A stretch of DNA of 64,000 bases, taken from assembly GCA_043776915.1 (NCBI GenBank), contig JAYVQT010000003.1:26187-90186 (forward strand), read 5' to 3'. This stretch comes from Minisyncoccota bacterium (GTDB taxonomy: Bacteria; Patescibacteriota; Minisyncoccia; Phycocordibacterales; UBA9973). This document shows positions 19,509 to 28,198 of this stretch, piece after piece; position 1 is the stretch's first letter, and every line of letters starts with the position of its first letter. Position numbers and translations under genes: made by a program. The notes under the pieces are model-generated. The model saw only the letters and a program-made list of their open reading frames with translations. It had not been told where the DNA came from and searched no databases.

Positions 19509-20199
19509 AGATCCTCGAACATTTATCTATGCTATCTTAAGTGGCGCGATTCCTGCTATATTCTGGCTGTGGTTCTGGCTTCAAGAAGAAGATAGCGAGA
19601 AAACTGAGCCTCGTGGACTCATCGCTCTTGCGTTTATACTAGGAGCAGTCGTCGTGATGTTCGCTATCTGGATAGAAAAGTTTACCGTACCATACTTATC
19701 TGATCATACACTTCAAGTAGTAGCCTGGGCAGCCATTGAAGAGCTACTCAAACTTGGAGCAGTCGCTCTTATTATCTGGAATAGCAACGCTGTTGATAAG
19801 CCTATTGACTACCCCATGTACTTCATCGCCACTGCCCTTGGATTTGCAGCACTTGAGAATGTACTCTACTTACTACACCCACTTGATGCAAGTGGCACTA
19901 TTGTCGGACTCCTAACGGGTAATTTGCGATTCTTAGGTTCAACATTACTCCATGCAATTGCAAGTAGTATGATCGGGAGTGCACTTGGGTTGGCATTTTT
20001 TAGAAATGAATTCAGAAATGTGTACTTACTCTGTGGCATAGTATGCGCTATCCTCTTGCATAGTATTTTTAATTTTTTTATAATGGAAGGTAGTGGTGAG
20101 AATTTCTTAAGTGTGTTTGGATTCTTATGGGTCGTGGCAATTATTAATATACTTATATTTGAAAAACTAAAGCGTATGGGCAAGTATAGTGCTCTATAA
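19492..20199 (+). CDS. PrsW-family intramembrane metalloprotease
   Basis: EE..K, GFAALEN and two conserved His in TM helices. Confidence 0.9.
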   Translation: MMELFKDPRTFIYAILSGAIPAIFWLWFWLQEEDSEKTEPRGLIALAFILGAVVVMFAIWIEKFTVPYLSDHTLQVVAWAAIEELLKLGAVALIIWNSNAVDKPIDYPMYFIATALGFAALENVLYLLHPLDASGTIVGLLTGNLRFLGSTLLHAIASSMIGSALGLAFFRNEFRNVYLLCGIVCAILLHSIFNFFIMEGSGENFLSVFGFLWVVAIINILIFEKLKRMGKYSAL

Positions 20200-20216
20200 A
20201 AACGCTACAACATTAT

Positions 20217-20723
20217 ATGCTAAAAAAGAAATCATTTTTTGAACGACTGACAGGCGGCATGCGTTTTGATGATGAAAAAGAAGATAGCACGACCGAAGGA
20301 AGTGTAAATAAAAAAGACTACGGAATAGATAAAAATACGATTAACCAAGTAAGTAAAGATCCTAAAAAAGAATCAAAATGGGAAGAAGAAGAGGAAGCTC
20401 AGCTGTCTGTCGATTTGTATCAAACGGCAAGTGACATTATCATCCAAACTATGATTGCTGGAGTTATACCTGATAATCTTTCAATTACTATTACACGCGA
20501 CATGGTCGTCATCCGTGGCAAGCGCGAAGGTAATCGCTCTATTAATAGTGATAGCTACTTCATCCAAGAGCTCTACTGGGGAGGATTTACACGAACTATT
20601 TCTCTTCCAGAAGAAGTTGATCCTGAAGAATCTGAAGCCATCGAAAAGCATGGGCTCCTCATTATTACCCTTCCCAAGATAAATAAAGATAAAAAAACAA
20701 CACTGAAAGTTAAATCTATGTAA
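20217..20723 (+). CDS. Hsp20/alpha-crystallin family protein
   Basis: QLSVDLYQT, ELYWGGFTRTISLP and GLL.I.LPK motifs. Confidence 0.93.
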   Translation: MLKKKSFFERLTGGMRFDDEKEDSTTEGSVNKKDYGIDKNTINQVSKDPKKESKWEEEEEAQLSVDLYQTASDIIIQTMIAGVIPDNLSITITRDMVVIRGKREGNRSINSDSYFIQELYWGGFTRTISLPEEVDPEESEAIEKHGLLIITLPKINKDKKTTLKVKSM

Positions 20724-20734
20724 TTCTCAAAGTG

Positions 20735-20776
20735 ACCATACTAAAAATCCGCATTAATGCGGATTTTTAGTATGGT
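20735..20776. terminator. Bidirectional terminator, perfect 42-bp palindrome
   Basis: ACCATACTAAAAATCCGCATT/AATGCGGATTTTTAGTATGGT between convergent hsp20 and tRNA-Phe. Confidence 0.8.
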
Positions 20777-20848
20777 GCCGAGGACCAGAGTTGAACTGGT
20801 GACATCTCCCTCTTCAGGGGAGCGCTCTACCAACTGAGCTACCTCGGC
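20773..20848 (-). tRNA. tRNA-Phe(GAA)
   Basis: GCCGAGG acceptor stem, anticodon arm CTCCC-CTGAAGA-GGGAG, TTCAACT T-loop, encoded CCA. Confidence 0.96.
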
Positions 20849-20853
20849 ATATT

Positions 20854-21144
20854 CTATTTCATTGCTTTCAAGAAATCTTCTACTTGCTGCTTGTTGTTAT
20901 TTAAATTCTTCGTGACATCACTATAATTATTGATACCCGAAACACCGTAGACATTCAATAGGTTACCTAGAAACGGTTGTATAAAGAAGTAGGCTCCAAT
21001 TGAGGAAAAAATAATAATTCCCCAATAGACTACCCTATAGATAGTGTTCCACTTCTGGATACGAACTAGCTTGCCGAGCATCAGATTATTATCTTTCGCT
21101 ACAGCCAAATTCTCTTCTAAGAGCTTCTTTGTATCCGAATCCAT
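20854..21144 (-). CDS. Hypothetical single-TM protein
   Basis: Helical N-terminus, one TM and a polar tail. Confidence 0.7.
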   Translation of the reverse strand: MDSDTKKLLEENLAVAKDNNLMLGKLVRIQKWNTIYRVVYWGIIIFSSIGAYFFIQPFLGNLLNVYGVSGINNYSDVTKNLNNNKQQVEDFLKAMK

Positions 21145-21184
21145 AATGTGCACTTTACCATAATTGAAGTAAAAATAAAAGCTG

Positions 21185-21259
21185 TGGTGCCCTCGGCGGG
21201 AATCGAACCTACATCTATTCCTTAGGACGGAACTGTTCTATCCATTGAACTACGAGGGC
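21185..21259 (-). tRNA. tRNA-Arg(CCT)
   Basis: GCCCTCG acceptor stem, anticodon loop GTCCTAA, GGTTCGATT, encoded CCA. Confidence 0.95.
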
Positions 21260-21314
21260 ATTATAAAAGCAGCATTTCTGGTCCTTTTATAATACGTCAA
21301 AATACAAGAAATTG

Positions 21315-21554
21315 CTATAGAGTTATACCTAGCAATTCGATGATTTTAGGTTTATTAAAGCCAACGATGATTTTGTCACCAATAATAATAACTGGTACAC
21401 CCATCTGGCCACTCTTAGTAATCATTTCCTTTCTTTTTTCCTGATCACTAGCAACGTCAAAATCCTCGAACTCGACATTCTTCTCTTTAAAGAAATCTTT
21501 GGCCATGTGACAGAAGTGGCAGGAAGGTGTGCTATATATTATTACTTTGTTCAT
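21315..21554 (-). CDS. Glutaredoxin-like (NrdH-type) redoxin
   Basis: CHFC active site, SGQMGVP and GF motifs. Confidence 0.92.
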   Translation of the reverse strand: MNKVIIYSTPSCHFCHMAKDFFKEKNVEFEDFDVASDQEKRKEMITKSGQMGVPVIIIGDKIIVGFNKPKIIELLGITL

Positions 21555-21638
21555 AGTGTTTAGCCGAAATTCGGCAACTATTTATAATGGACTAGTAGTA
21601 TATCACAATTGTAAAATGCGCAATACTTGACATCTATG

Positions 21639-21712
21639 TGGTGCGGGATACGAGAATCGAACTCGTGTCTCAACCTTGGGAAGGTCGCATGCTGCCACTA
21701 TACCAATCCCGC
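21639..21712 (-). tRNA. tRNA-Gly(CCC)
   Basis: GCGGGAT acceptor stem, anticodon loop TTCCCAA, GTTCGATT, encoded CCA. Confidence 0.95.
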
Positions 21713-21721
21713 AATAGTATA

Positions 21722-22102
21722 TTATTTTCGAAACATTCTTTTAATAAAGCCCCAAAAACTATGATCAGTGGTTATCTCTTCTGTTGTATTTTTCTTAGTA
21801 TTAGGATCGACAATAACCACCATCTTCTCTCCGGGTTTCACCACTTGAAATTTATCTCTCACTGTTTCTTCAACTCCTTCTTCTGTGTTCAAAGAATCAA
21901 TATCTTTCGTCAAAGCCATCTGACGTTTGCGTAATTCATCGATCTTATTGAGCTCTGAAATTTTATTTTTATTTGTTTCACGTTCTTTTTGTATAATACC
22001 AAATATATTATAAGCAAAAAGGATACTAATACAAAAAAGGATACTAAGCACGGGCGGCGAGTACCAGAAATTATATTTACTTTTCTGCTTGAATTGTGCC
22101 AT
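21722..22102 (-). CDS. Septum formation initiator (FtsB/DivIC family)
   Basis: TM plus coiled coil, then E...R.KF..VKPGE. Confidence 0.85.
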   Translation of the reverse strand: MAQFKQKSKYNFWYSPPVLSILFCISILFAYNIFGIIQKERETNKNKISELNKIDELRKRQMALTKDIDSLNTEEGVEETVRDKFQVVKPGEKMVVIVDPNTKKNTTEEITTDHSFWGFIKRMFRK

Positions 22103-22122
22103 AGAATATGTATAATTATATC

Positions 22123-22230
22123 ATGATTTTCAGCACGAAAGGCCAAAAAAGAATGAGGACTGCTTTCACTATCATTTCAGTTATCGTTATACTGAGTATG
22201 ATCGCGCTCTATCTTCCTATTCTTCGCTAA
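22123..22230 (+). CDS. Small single-TM peptide (35 aa)
   Basis: MIFSTKGQKRMRTAFTIISVIVILSMIALYLPILR fills the gap between the ftsB-like gene and lepA; TATAAT at 22111-22116. Confidence 0.55.
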   Translation: MIFSTKGQKRMRTAFTIISVIVILSMIALYLPILR

Positions 22231-22245
22231 ACGAGTAGGGGGGGG

Positions 22246-24045
22246 TTAATTATCCCCACTTCTCATCATCTTTAAGAACACCTCGTGTGAGATGTTTATT
22301 TTCCCACGTCCGGCCATCTTTTTCTTGCCTTTCTTTTGCTTCTCTCGAAGTTTCATTTTACGAGTAATATCACCCCCATACATATGCTGCGTCACATCTT
22401 TCATAAATGCACTGACTGATTCTGATGAGATTATCCTTCCAAGTGCTTTACCTTGAATCTTGAAGGCAAACTGCTGACGAGGAATAACCTTTTTTAGTTT
22501 CTCAACTTGGCTCTTGGCGTCCTCTTCTACGCGCCGCCTGGAAACTACTCGAGTAAATGCGACCATTGGTTCATCAGCTACGAGGATATCCAAGCGAACT
22601 ACATCAGCATCATGGTACTCACCTATTTCATATGAAATGGAGGCATAGCCTTGAGTTATACTTTTTAAAGTATCAAAAAAGTCACGCATGAGTTCACGAA
22701 GTGGCATCTCGAGGTTTATGGACGAGCGATTATCTCCAAAGTTATCGGTCATCTTTATCTCTGCCTCATGTTCGTAGAAAAATGGCATAAGTATGCTCAC
22801 ATATCTCGTCGGAACAATAATCTTAACATCAACCCATGGTTCGAAAACTTTTGTAATATTCCCATCATCAGGAAACAAGTGCGGCGAATAGACCATCTGC
22901 TCTTTCCCACTTTTTAACACTACTTTGTATGTAATAGATGGCATGGTCACCACAAGCTCCAAATCAAACTCACGATTTAGACGCTCGGTCACTATTTCTA
23001 AATGAAGCATTCCGAGAAATCCACAGCGAAATCCTCGACCTAGACTGCCTGAGGTTTCCTCTTCGTATGAAAACGAAGAATCAGATAATTTTAATTTAGA
23101 GAGTGCTGCCTTGAGCTCGGGGAAATCATCTGCCGATTCCGGATAGACAGAAGCCCAGACTACTGGCGATGGGTTCATGTATCCTGGAAGTGCTGGTAAA
23201 GGCATCTTGACATAGGTGATGGTGTCTCCGACCGATGCAATACCGGGCTTTTTAATACCAGTGACAATATACCCTATTTCTCCACCACTGATTGTAGATC
23301 GAGGAAATTCTTCGGGAGAAAAAGTTCCAACTTCGAGTGATATAAATCTCTCATTTGAAATTGCAAAAAGGAGTGATTCTCCTTTTTTGAAACTTCCATC
23401 TATCACACGCACATATATTATGACTCCGCGGTGATTATCATACTTGAAATCAAAAACAAGAGCTCGCCCTGAAGTATTCTCTTCTTGCACATGTGGTGAT
23501 GGAATTCTTTTTACAAGTTCTGACAAAAGCTCGCTCACTCCTTGACCAGTTTTTCCCGACACTTCTAGGATTGTATCTGGGTCAATATCAAGAAGCAGAG
23601 CAAGCTCCATCTTTACTTCGTCTATGCGCGCAAGTGGTGAGTCTACTTTGGAAAGTACGGGGATAATGACGAGGCCGGATTCTCGTGCCATACCAAGAGT
23701 AGTAAGAGTCTGAGCTTGCACCCCTTGAGTACAGTCAACAAGTAAAATAGAACCTTCGACAGCTTTAAGTGCTCGAGAAACTTCGTACGAGAAGTCGATA
23801 TGCCCAGGAGTATCAATCAAGTTCAAAACATACATATGTCCATTTACAGAGTACTCCATACGCACTGGTTGCATTTTGATAGTAATACCACGCTCACGCT
23901 CAAGCTCCATTGAGTCGAGAACTTGGTCTTTCATCTTACGCTTCTCGATTGTACCCGTCACTTCAAGCATCCGGTCAGCGAGAGTACTTTTACCATGGTC
24001 AATATGAGCAATAATTGAGAAGTTTCTAATAGATTTTATATCCAT
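22246..24045 (-). CDS. lepA: Elongation factor 4 (LepA)
   Basis: IAHIDHGKSTL, ERERGITIK, GFRCGFLG.LH and GGDITRK motifs. Confidence 0.98.
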   Translation of the reverse strand: MDIKSIRNFSIIAHIDHGKSTLADRMLEVTGTIEKRKMKDQVLDSMELERERGITIKMQPVRMEYSVNGHMYVLNLIDTPGHIDFSYEVSRALKAVEGSILLVDCTQGVQAQTLTTLGMARESGLVIIPVLSKVDSPLARIDEVKMELALLLDIDPDTILEVSGKTGQGVSELLSELVKRIPSPHVQEENTSGRALVFDFKYDNHRGVIIYVRVIDGSFKKGESLLFAISNERFISLEVGTFSPEEFPRSTISGGEIGYIVTGIKKPGIASVGDTITYVKMPLPALPGYMNPSPVVWASVYPESADDFPELKAALSKLKLSDSSFSYEEETSGSLGRGFRCGFLGMLHLEIVTERLNREFDLELVVTMPSITYKVVLKSGKEQMVYSPHLFPDDGNITKVFEPWVDVKIIVPTRYVSILMPFFYEHEAEIKMTDNFGDNRSSINLEMPLRELMRDFFDTLKSITQGYASISYEIGEYHDADVVRLDILVADEPMVAFTRVVSRRRVEEDAKSQVEKLKKVIPRQQFAFKIQGKALGRIISSESVSAFMKDVTQHMYGGDITRKMKLREKQKKGKKKMAGRGKINISHEVFLKMMRSGDN

Positions 24046-24085
24046 AGCCCTATCCTACCAGAAAAAGGCTTTAAAATAAAGGTGA

Positions 24086-25774
24086 TTACAGTTCTTTCTG
24101 TTCGGGGGCGACGACGCGGTTGCGCCAGAATTTATGACTGAGGGCCCGCGCAAGATCAGCCAGTTCCCTATTCTTCATAAGTGCCAGAGCACAGACGCCA
24201 AAGCTAATACCAATCACGCCGGATAGTAATCCTTGCAAGAATATTCCACGGCCAGTTGTCAATCCAAAGATATCATCAAATATCCCGAGACAAATATAGG
24301 CTACCGTACCCATAATTAGCGAACTAAAAACACTTTGAATAAATGTAGTCCATAGCTTAGATGAACCAAAGTTTAGAAAATCTTTTTTAAATAAATACCA
24401 TATTAAGAAGAAGTTCAGAAGCGAACCACACGCATAGGCAAGTGGAAGCGCAAGCATAAGAGTCCCTGGCACATGAGATACACGCAATATTGATTCAAGA
24501 TTTAAAAGAATATATGGATACGTCCGAAAGATATATATATAACTATAGGCAAAAACAATCATCATACATGAGGAGAAAATATTTATCACAAGAGGCTTGC
24601 GAGTATTCGATGCAGCATAGTAACCACGAACAAAAAGAAGCACGAGGCTCTGTGAGGCGAGTGATACTACAAAAAGTGCGGCTGAAGCAGCTGTTAAACG
24701 TGTATCAGCCCAAGAAAATGTGGTTGAACCAAGTACCACACGCACAATCTGCGCACGAAGCACAATCATAAGCACAATAACGGGTAATGACCAAAATATT
24801 ATTTGTCGGGCTGCACCAAGGATATGTGTCACGAAGCTTTCCATATCTTTCATTGAAAATGACCGGACGAGTATAGGAAACGCTGCCACGGAATATGAGA
24901 TACCAATAATCCCGACAGGCACTGACTGTAAGTTGTACGAAAATGTAAACAATGATATCGAACCAGACTTGAGCGTCGAAGCCATAGCTATAAAAGCCAT
25001 AAATGCAATGCTATTACATGAAAGTGCCAGTGTTCGTGGAGCTGAAAGCTTAACAACTTGCAACACTTCCATCCATGAAATACGAGATGTAAGCTTCGGT
25101 AGAAAGCCATGAGAAGCGACAACTGGTACTTGAATAAGGAAGTGAAGAGCTGCACCAATGATGACACCCAGCGCCAATCCATAAATACCCATCAATGGAT
25201 ATAGCACAATAATTCCGACTAAAATTCCCACATTATAAAATATCGGGGAGAGTGAAAATACGAAGAAGTTCTTAAATAGCTGAGTGATAGTGCCAATCAA
25301 ATTTGAAAGACCGATAAATATAGGAGAGAAAAGCATGATCCGGCTCATCATGACAAGTAAGATTGTTTGAGATTCAGAAAATCCTGGTGCAATAAAATGT
25401 GCAATATATGGCATAAGAATAGCAACTAGCACACTAGCAACGATCATGAAAAGCATATACGCACTAAAGATATTATTAATGAATTTTCGAGCACTCTCAG
25501 CACCATCACCATTCTTATTGATCTTATCCATCAAAAATGGCATGAGCACTGTAATCGAAGCAAGTGAAGCAATCGAAATATACAGAAAGTCTGGAATACG
25601 AAAAGCTGCATAGTACACGTCGAGTACCGGCCCGGCACCGACGACGTGCGCAAGTGTTCGATCACGAACGAGCCCGAGCAATTGAGATAAAAAAGCAAAT
25701 GAGCCCAGGAGAAGAGCCGCCTCATTGACTCCATGAAATTCTTTATTAATGAATGTCAGAATGCGCTTAACCAT
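24086..25774 (-). CDS. murJ: Lipid II flippase MurJ (MviN)
   Basis: S..LGL.RD, YYAAFRIPD and about 14 TM helices. Confidence 0.92.
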   Translation of the reverse strand: MVKRILTFINKEFHGVNEAALLLGSFAFLSQLLGLVRDRTLAHVVGAGPVLDVYYAAFRIPDFLYISIASLASITVLMPFLMDKINKNGDGAESARKFINNIFSAYMLFMIVASVLVAILMPYIAHFIAPGFSESQTILLVMMSRIMLFSPIFIGLSNLIGTITQLFKNFFVFSLSPIFYNVGILVGIIVLYPLMGIYGLALGVIIGAALHFLIQVPVVASHGFLPKLTSRISWMEVLQVVKLSAPRTLALSCNSIAFMAFIAMASTLKSGSISLFTFSYNLQSVPVGIIGISYSVAAFPILVRSFSMKDMESFVTHILGAARQIIFWSLPVIVLMIVLRAQIVRVVLGSTTFSWADTRLTAASAALFVVSLASQSLVLLFVRGYYAASNTRKPLVINIFSSCMMIVFAYSYIYIFRTYPYILLNLESILRVSHVPGTLMLALPLAYACGSLLNFFLIWYLFKKDFLNFGSSKLWTTFIQSVFSSLIMGTVAYICLGIFDDIFGLTTGRGIFLQGLLSGVIGISFGVCALALMKNRELADLARALSHKFWRNRVVAPEQKEL

Positions 25775-25791
25775 TACAAACTATACACCTC

Positions 25792-28143
25792 TTATTGTCC
25801 TCCTGTAGTTTTAGCTGGCTTGGTTGGTGTTTTTGTCGGTGATGGAGTTGTAGGTACTGGAGCTGTAAATGTTTGAGAAAGTGAGCTCAGAGCATCTTTA
25901 ACATCCTGATTGTTTGGTAGACGCTTAGTAAGTGCATTAAACATATCCCTTGCTTCATCGATACGACCAGCTTTCTTATATGATTGGCCGAGTAAAAATG
26001 CCGCATCAAGATATTGAGAATTAAGTTTTAGCGCTTGCTGGAATGCATTAATCGAACCCTGATAATCAGCGTTATTATATTTGAGTAAGCCAAGCTTAAA
26101 GAAAACAGTAGAATCATTCGGAGCGACTATACTTGCTTTTTCAGCTTGCTTTATAGCTTCTGACATATTACCTTCACTAATATTTATTTGAGCAAGAAGG
26201 AATAGTGCATCAGTATAATCAGACTTTAGAAGTAACGCTTGATCTATAAACTTCTTTGCCTCGTCATTATTCTTATGAGCAACTTCAAGACTCGCACGAG
26301 ATAAAAGTATTGATGGATTATTTGGAGCGAGGGCGCGTGCTTTTTCATAAGCAACAACGGCACTTTCATAACTACTCCTCACAGCAAGAGGTACAAGTGA
26401 ACTATAGAGATTACCAAGATTCATGTAATTAAGATACTGTTTAGGATTCTGACTAATAGCAGATTTGGCAGATGATTCAGCAAGACTAATGAGTCTTTCC
26501 ACATCAGGCTTGAGTGAATCAGCAGATCGTGTCTTGTCATTTATAATAATACCAATATCAGCAAGGTAAACCTGGGAAAGGGTACGGTAATATACATCAT
26601 TTTGATCGAGTAATAATGCATTTGAAAGATGTCTCTCTGATTGGGCTAAGGATTCTATAGTATTCGTACTTACTTGACCTTTTGAAAAATAAATAAGTGA
26701 AGCGAACTTTTCTGCATATACATAAGTTGTCGACAGTGTTACAATCATCAGAATCATAAGAATAAGTATTGAGAAGAAGCTTGCTCGAGGATCATGAAGA
26801 AATGAGAATTCTCGCACATGCACTGATTGATTCATTACCAGAAGAGCTACGAGCATACCACTTGATACAAAGGCACATGCAAACATTGTGAAGTTTGGTG
26901 TGTAGAAAATAATAGTAGCCCATGAGTAGATAGTAACGATGAGGGTGCTCATTGTGAAGTAATTAGAAACATGAGCATGAAGTACCTTCTGTATAGATGT
27001 AATAATTTTCTTAATAACAGCATAGAGGAAAAGGAGCCATGCGAAGATACCAAGGAGACCGGTCGTAACAACAAAAGTCATAAGGGAGCTGTAACCATTC
27101 ACAAAATCTACATTCCAAAATACAGACTGTGCAACCTCCTTTGGTTGCCAAAGCGCCCAATCCATAACAAACGTATTTGGACCAGTACCAAAGAGTGGAT
27201 TATGACGAATAGCTTTATACGCAATTTGTAGAGTTGTAGACGCTCCAGGATGGACATCAACATTATATACACTCAAATTTCTTGAAATCAGATTTCCGAT
27301 TGAATTATTACCAATCAAGAAAATAAGACAAATGAAAATCATCACAAGAGAAACAAATGGAAACTTTTTCTTTTCGTGAGCTGCCTCATCTTCTCTAATT
27401 CTAGCTTGCTGAATAGATATCGTATAGACAAAAATAATAATAGAAAAAAGTCCAACAAGAATCCAAACAAGTGGTACATTTACAATAATAAGAAAAAATA
27501 CACCAGAGATCAGTAAGAAATACTGCATAGCCATGAATAAACCCTTTGTTTTTAATAATTCAATCGTTGCTATACAAAGTAGAATAATGAGGCCAAATAA
27601 GAGAGCGAAATCATTCCAGTTACCAACCAAGTTTCCCGAAGAAATACCCTTTAAGAATCCTGGTAGAAAATGCTCAACACTCACAACAATATTGATAATT
27701 TGAAATACAGCTACCATAGTCGCTCCAATAAAGAGTGCCTGGTAAAAGGACCAAAGACGCTCTTCTTTTTGAAAATGCATTATCGAGAGGAAAAAAAGAA
27801 TAAACAAAACCAACATGGATCCGAAGGTTCCTAGTTCAAAACCACTTCCCAATATCGATACATACGAAGAAGAAGAGAAAAATGAAGAAATTAGAAATAC
27901 AACAGGAATAGCGAGGGCAAAGAGTATAATTTTATCTTTAGGAATCAAGAACTTTCCTTCACCGAGCCTTGCAATAAGCCAGAAGAATAGCGAGAGTGTC
28001 GTCCCGACAGATATTAAAAAACCTTTATTTGCCTCGAGAGTTACTGATACATATGGAAGAAAGAAAAATAATGACAGGAATAAAGTTGCCAGAAGTGTCA
28101 AAAACGATACCGTATTGAAAAATTCAATTTTTTTAGATTCCAT
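25792..28143 (-). CDS. Polytopic membrane protein (O-antigen ligase-like) with C-terminal TPR repeats
   Basis: About 12 TM, P.FG.GPNTF motif of Wzy_C/O-antigen-ligase-like proteins, then TPR repeats and a Pro/Thr tail. Confidence 0.75.
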   Translation of the reverse strand: MESKKIEFFNTVSFLTLLATLFLSLFFFLPYVSVTLEANKGFLISVGTTLSLFFWLIARLGEGKFLIPKDKIILFALAIPVVFLISSFFSSSSYVSILGSGFELGTFGSMLVLFILFFLSIMHFQKEERLWSFYQALFIGATMVAVFQIINIVVSVEHFLPGFLKGISSGNLVGNWNDFALLFGLIILLCIATIELLKTKGLFMAMQYFLLISGVFFLIIVNVPLVWILVGLFSIIIFVYTISIQQARIREDEAAHEKKKFPFVSLVMIFICLIFLIGNNSIGNLISRNLSVYNVDVHPGASTTLQIAYKAIRHNPLFGTGPNTFVMDWALWQPKEVAQSVFWNVDFVNGYSSLMTFVVTTGLLGIFAWLLFLYAVIKKIITSIQKVLHAHVSNYFTMSTLIVTIYSWATIIFYTPNFTMFACAFVSSGMLVALLVMNQSVHVREFSFLHDPRASFFSILILMILMIVTLSTTYVYAEKFASLIYFSKGQVSTNTIESLAQSERHLSNALLLDQNDVYYRTLSQVYLADIGIIINDKTRSADSLKPDVERLISLAESSAKSAISQNPKQYLNYMNLGNLYSSLVPLAVRSSYESAVVAYEKARALAPNNPSILLSRASLEVAHKNNDEAKKFIDQALLLKSDYTDALFLLAQINISEGNMSEAIKQAEKASIVAPNDSTVFFKLGLLKYNNADYQGSINAFQQALKLNSQYLDAAFLLGQSYKKAGRIDEARDMFNALTKRLPNNQDVKDALSSLSQTFTAPVPTTPSPTKTPTKPAKTTGGQ

Positions 28144-28198
28144 AGTTTATATATTAAAGCGAATAAGAATTAATTATACATAATTTCGACTCATAAGA

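Noticed and set aside
21638-21934. 98-aa ORF, and likewise ORFs 46502-46723 and 46563-46790
   Set aside because: They are antisense readings of tRNA genes and adjacent features.
22238-22245. G8 tract as a phase-variation site
   Set aside because: It is intergenic between two convergent stop codons, so slippage would change no frame or promoter.
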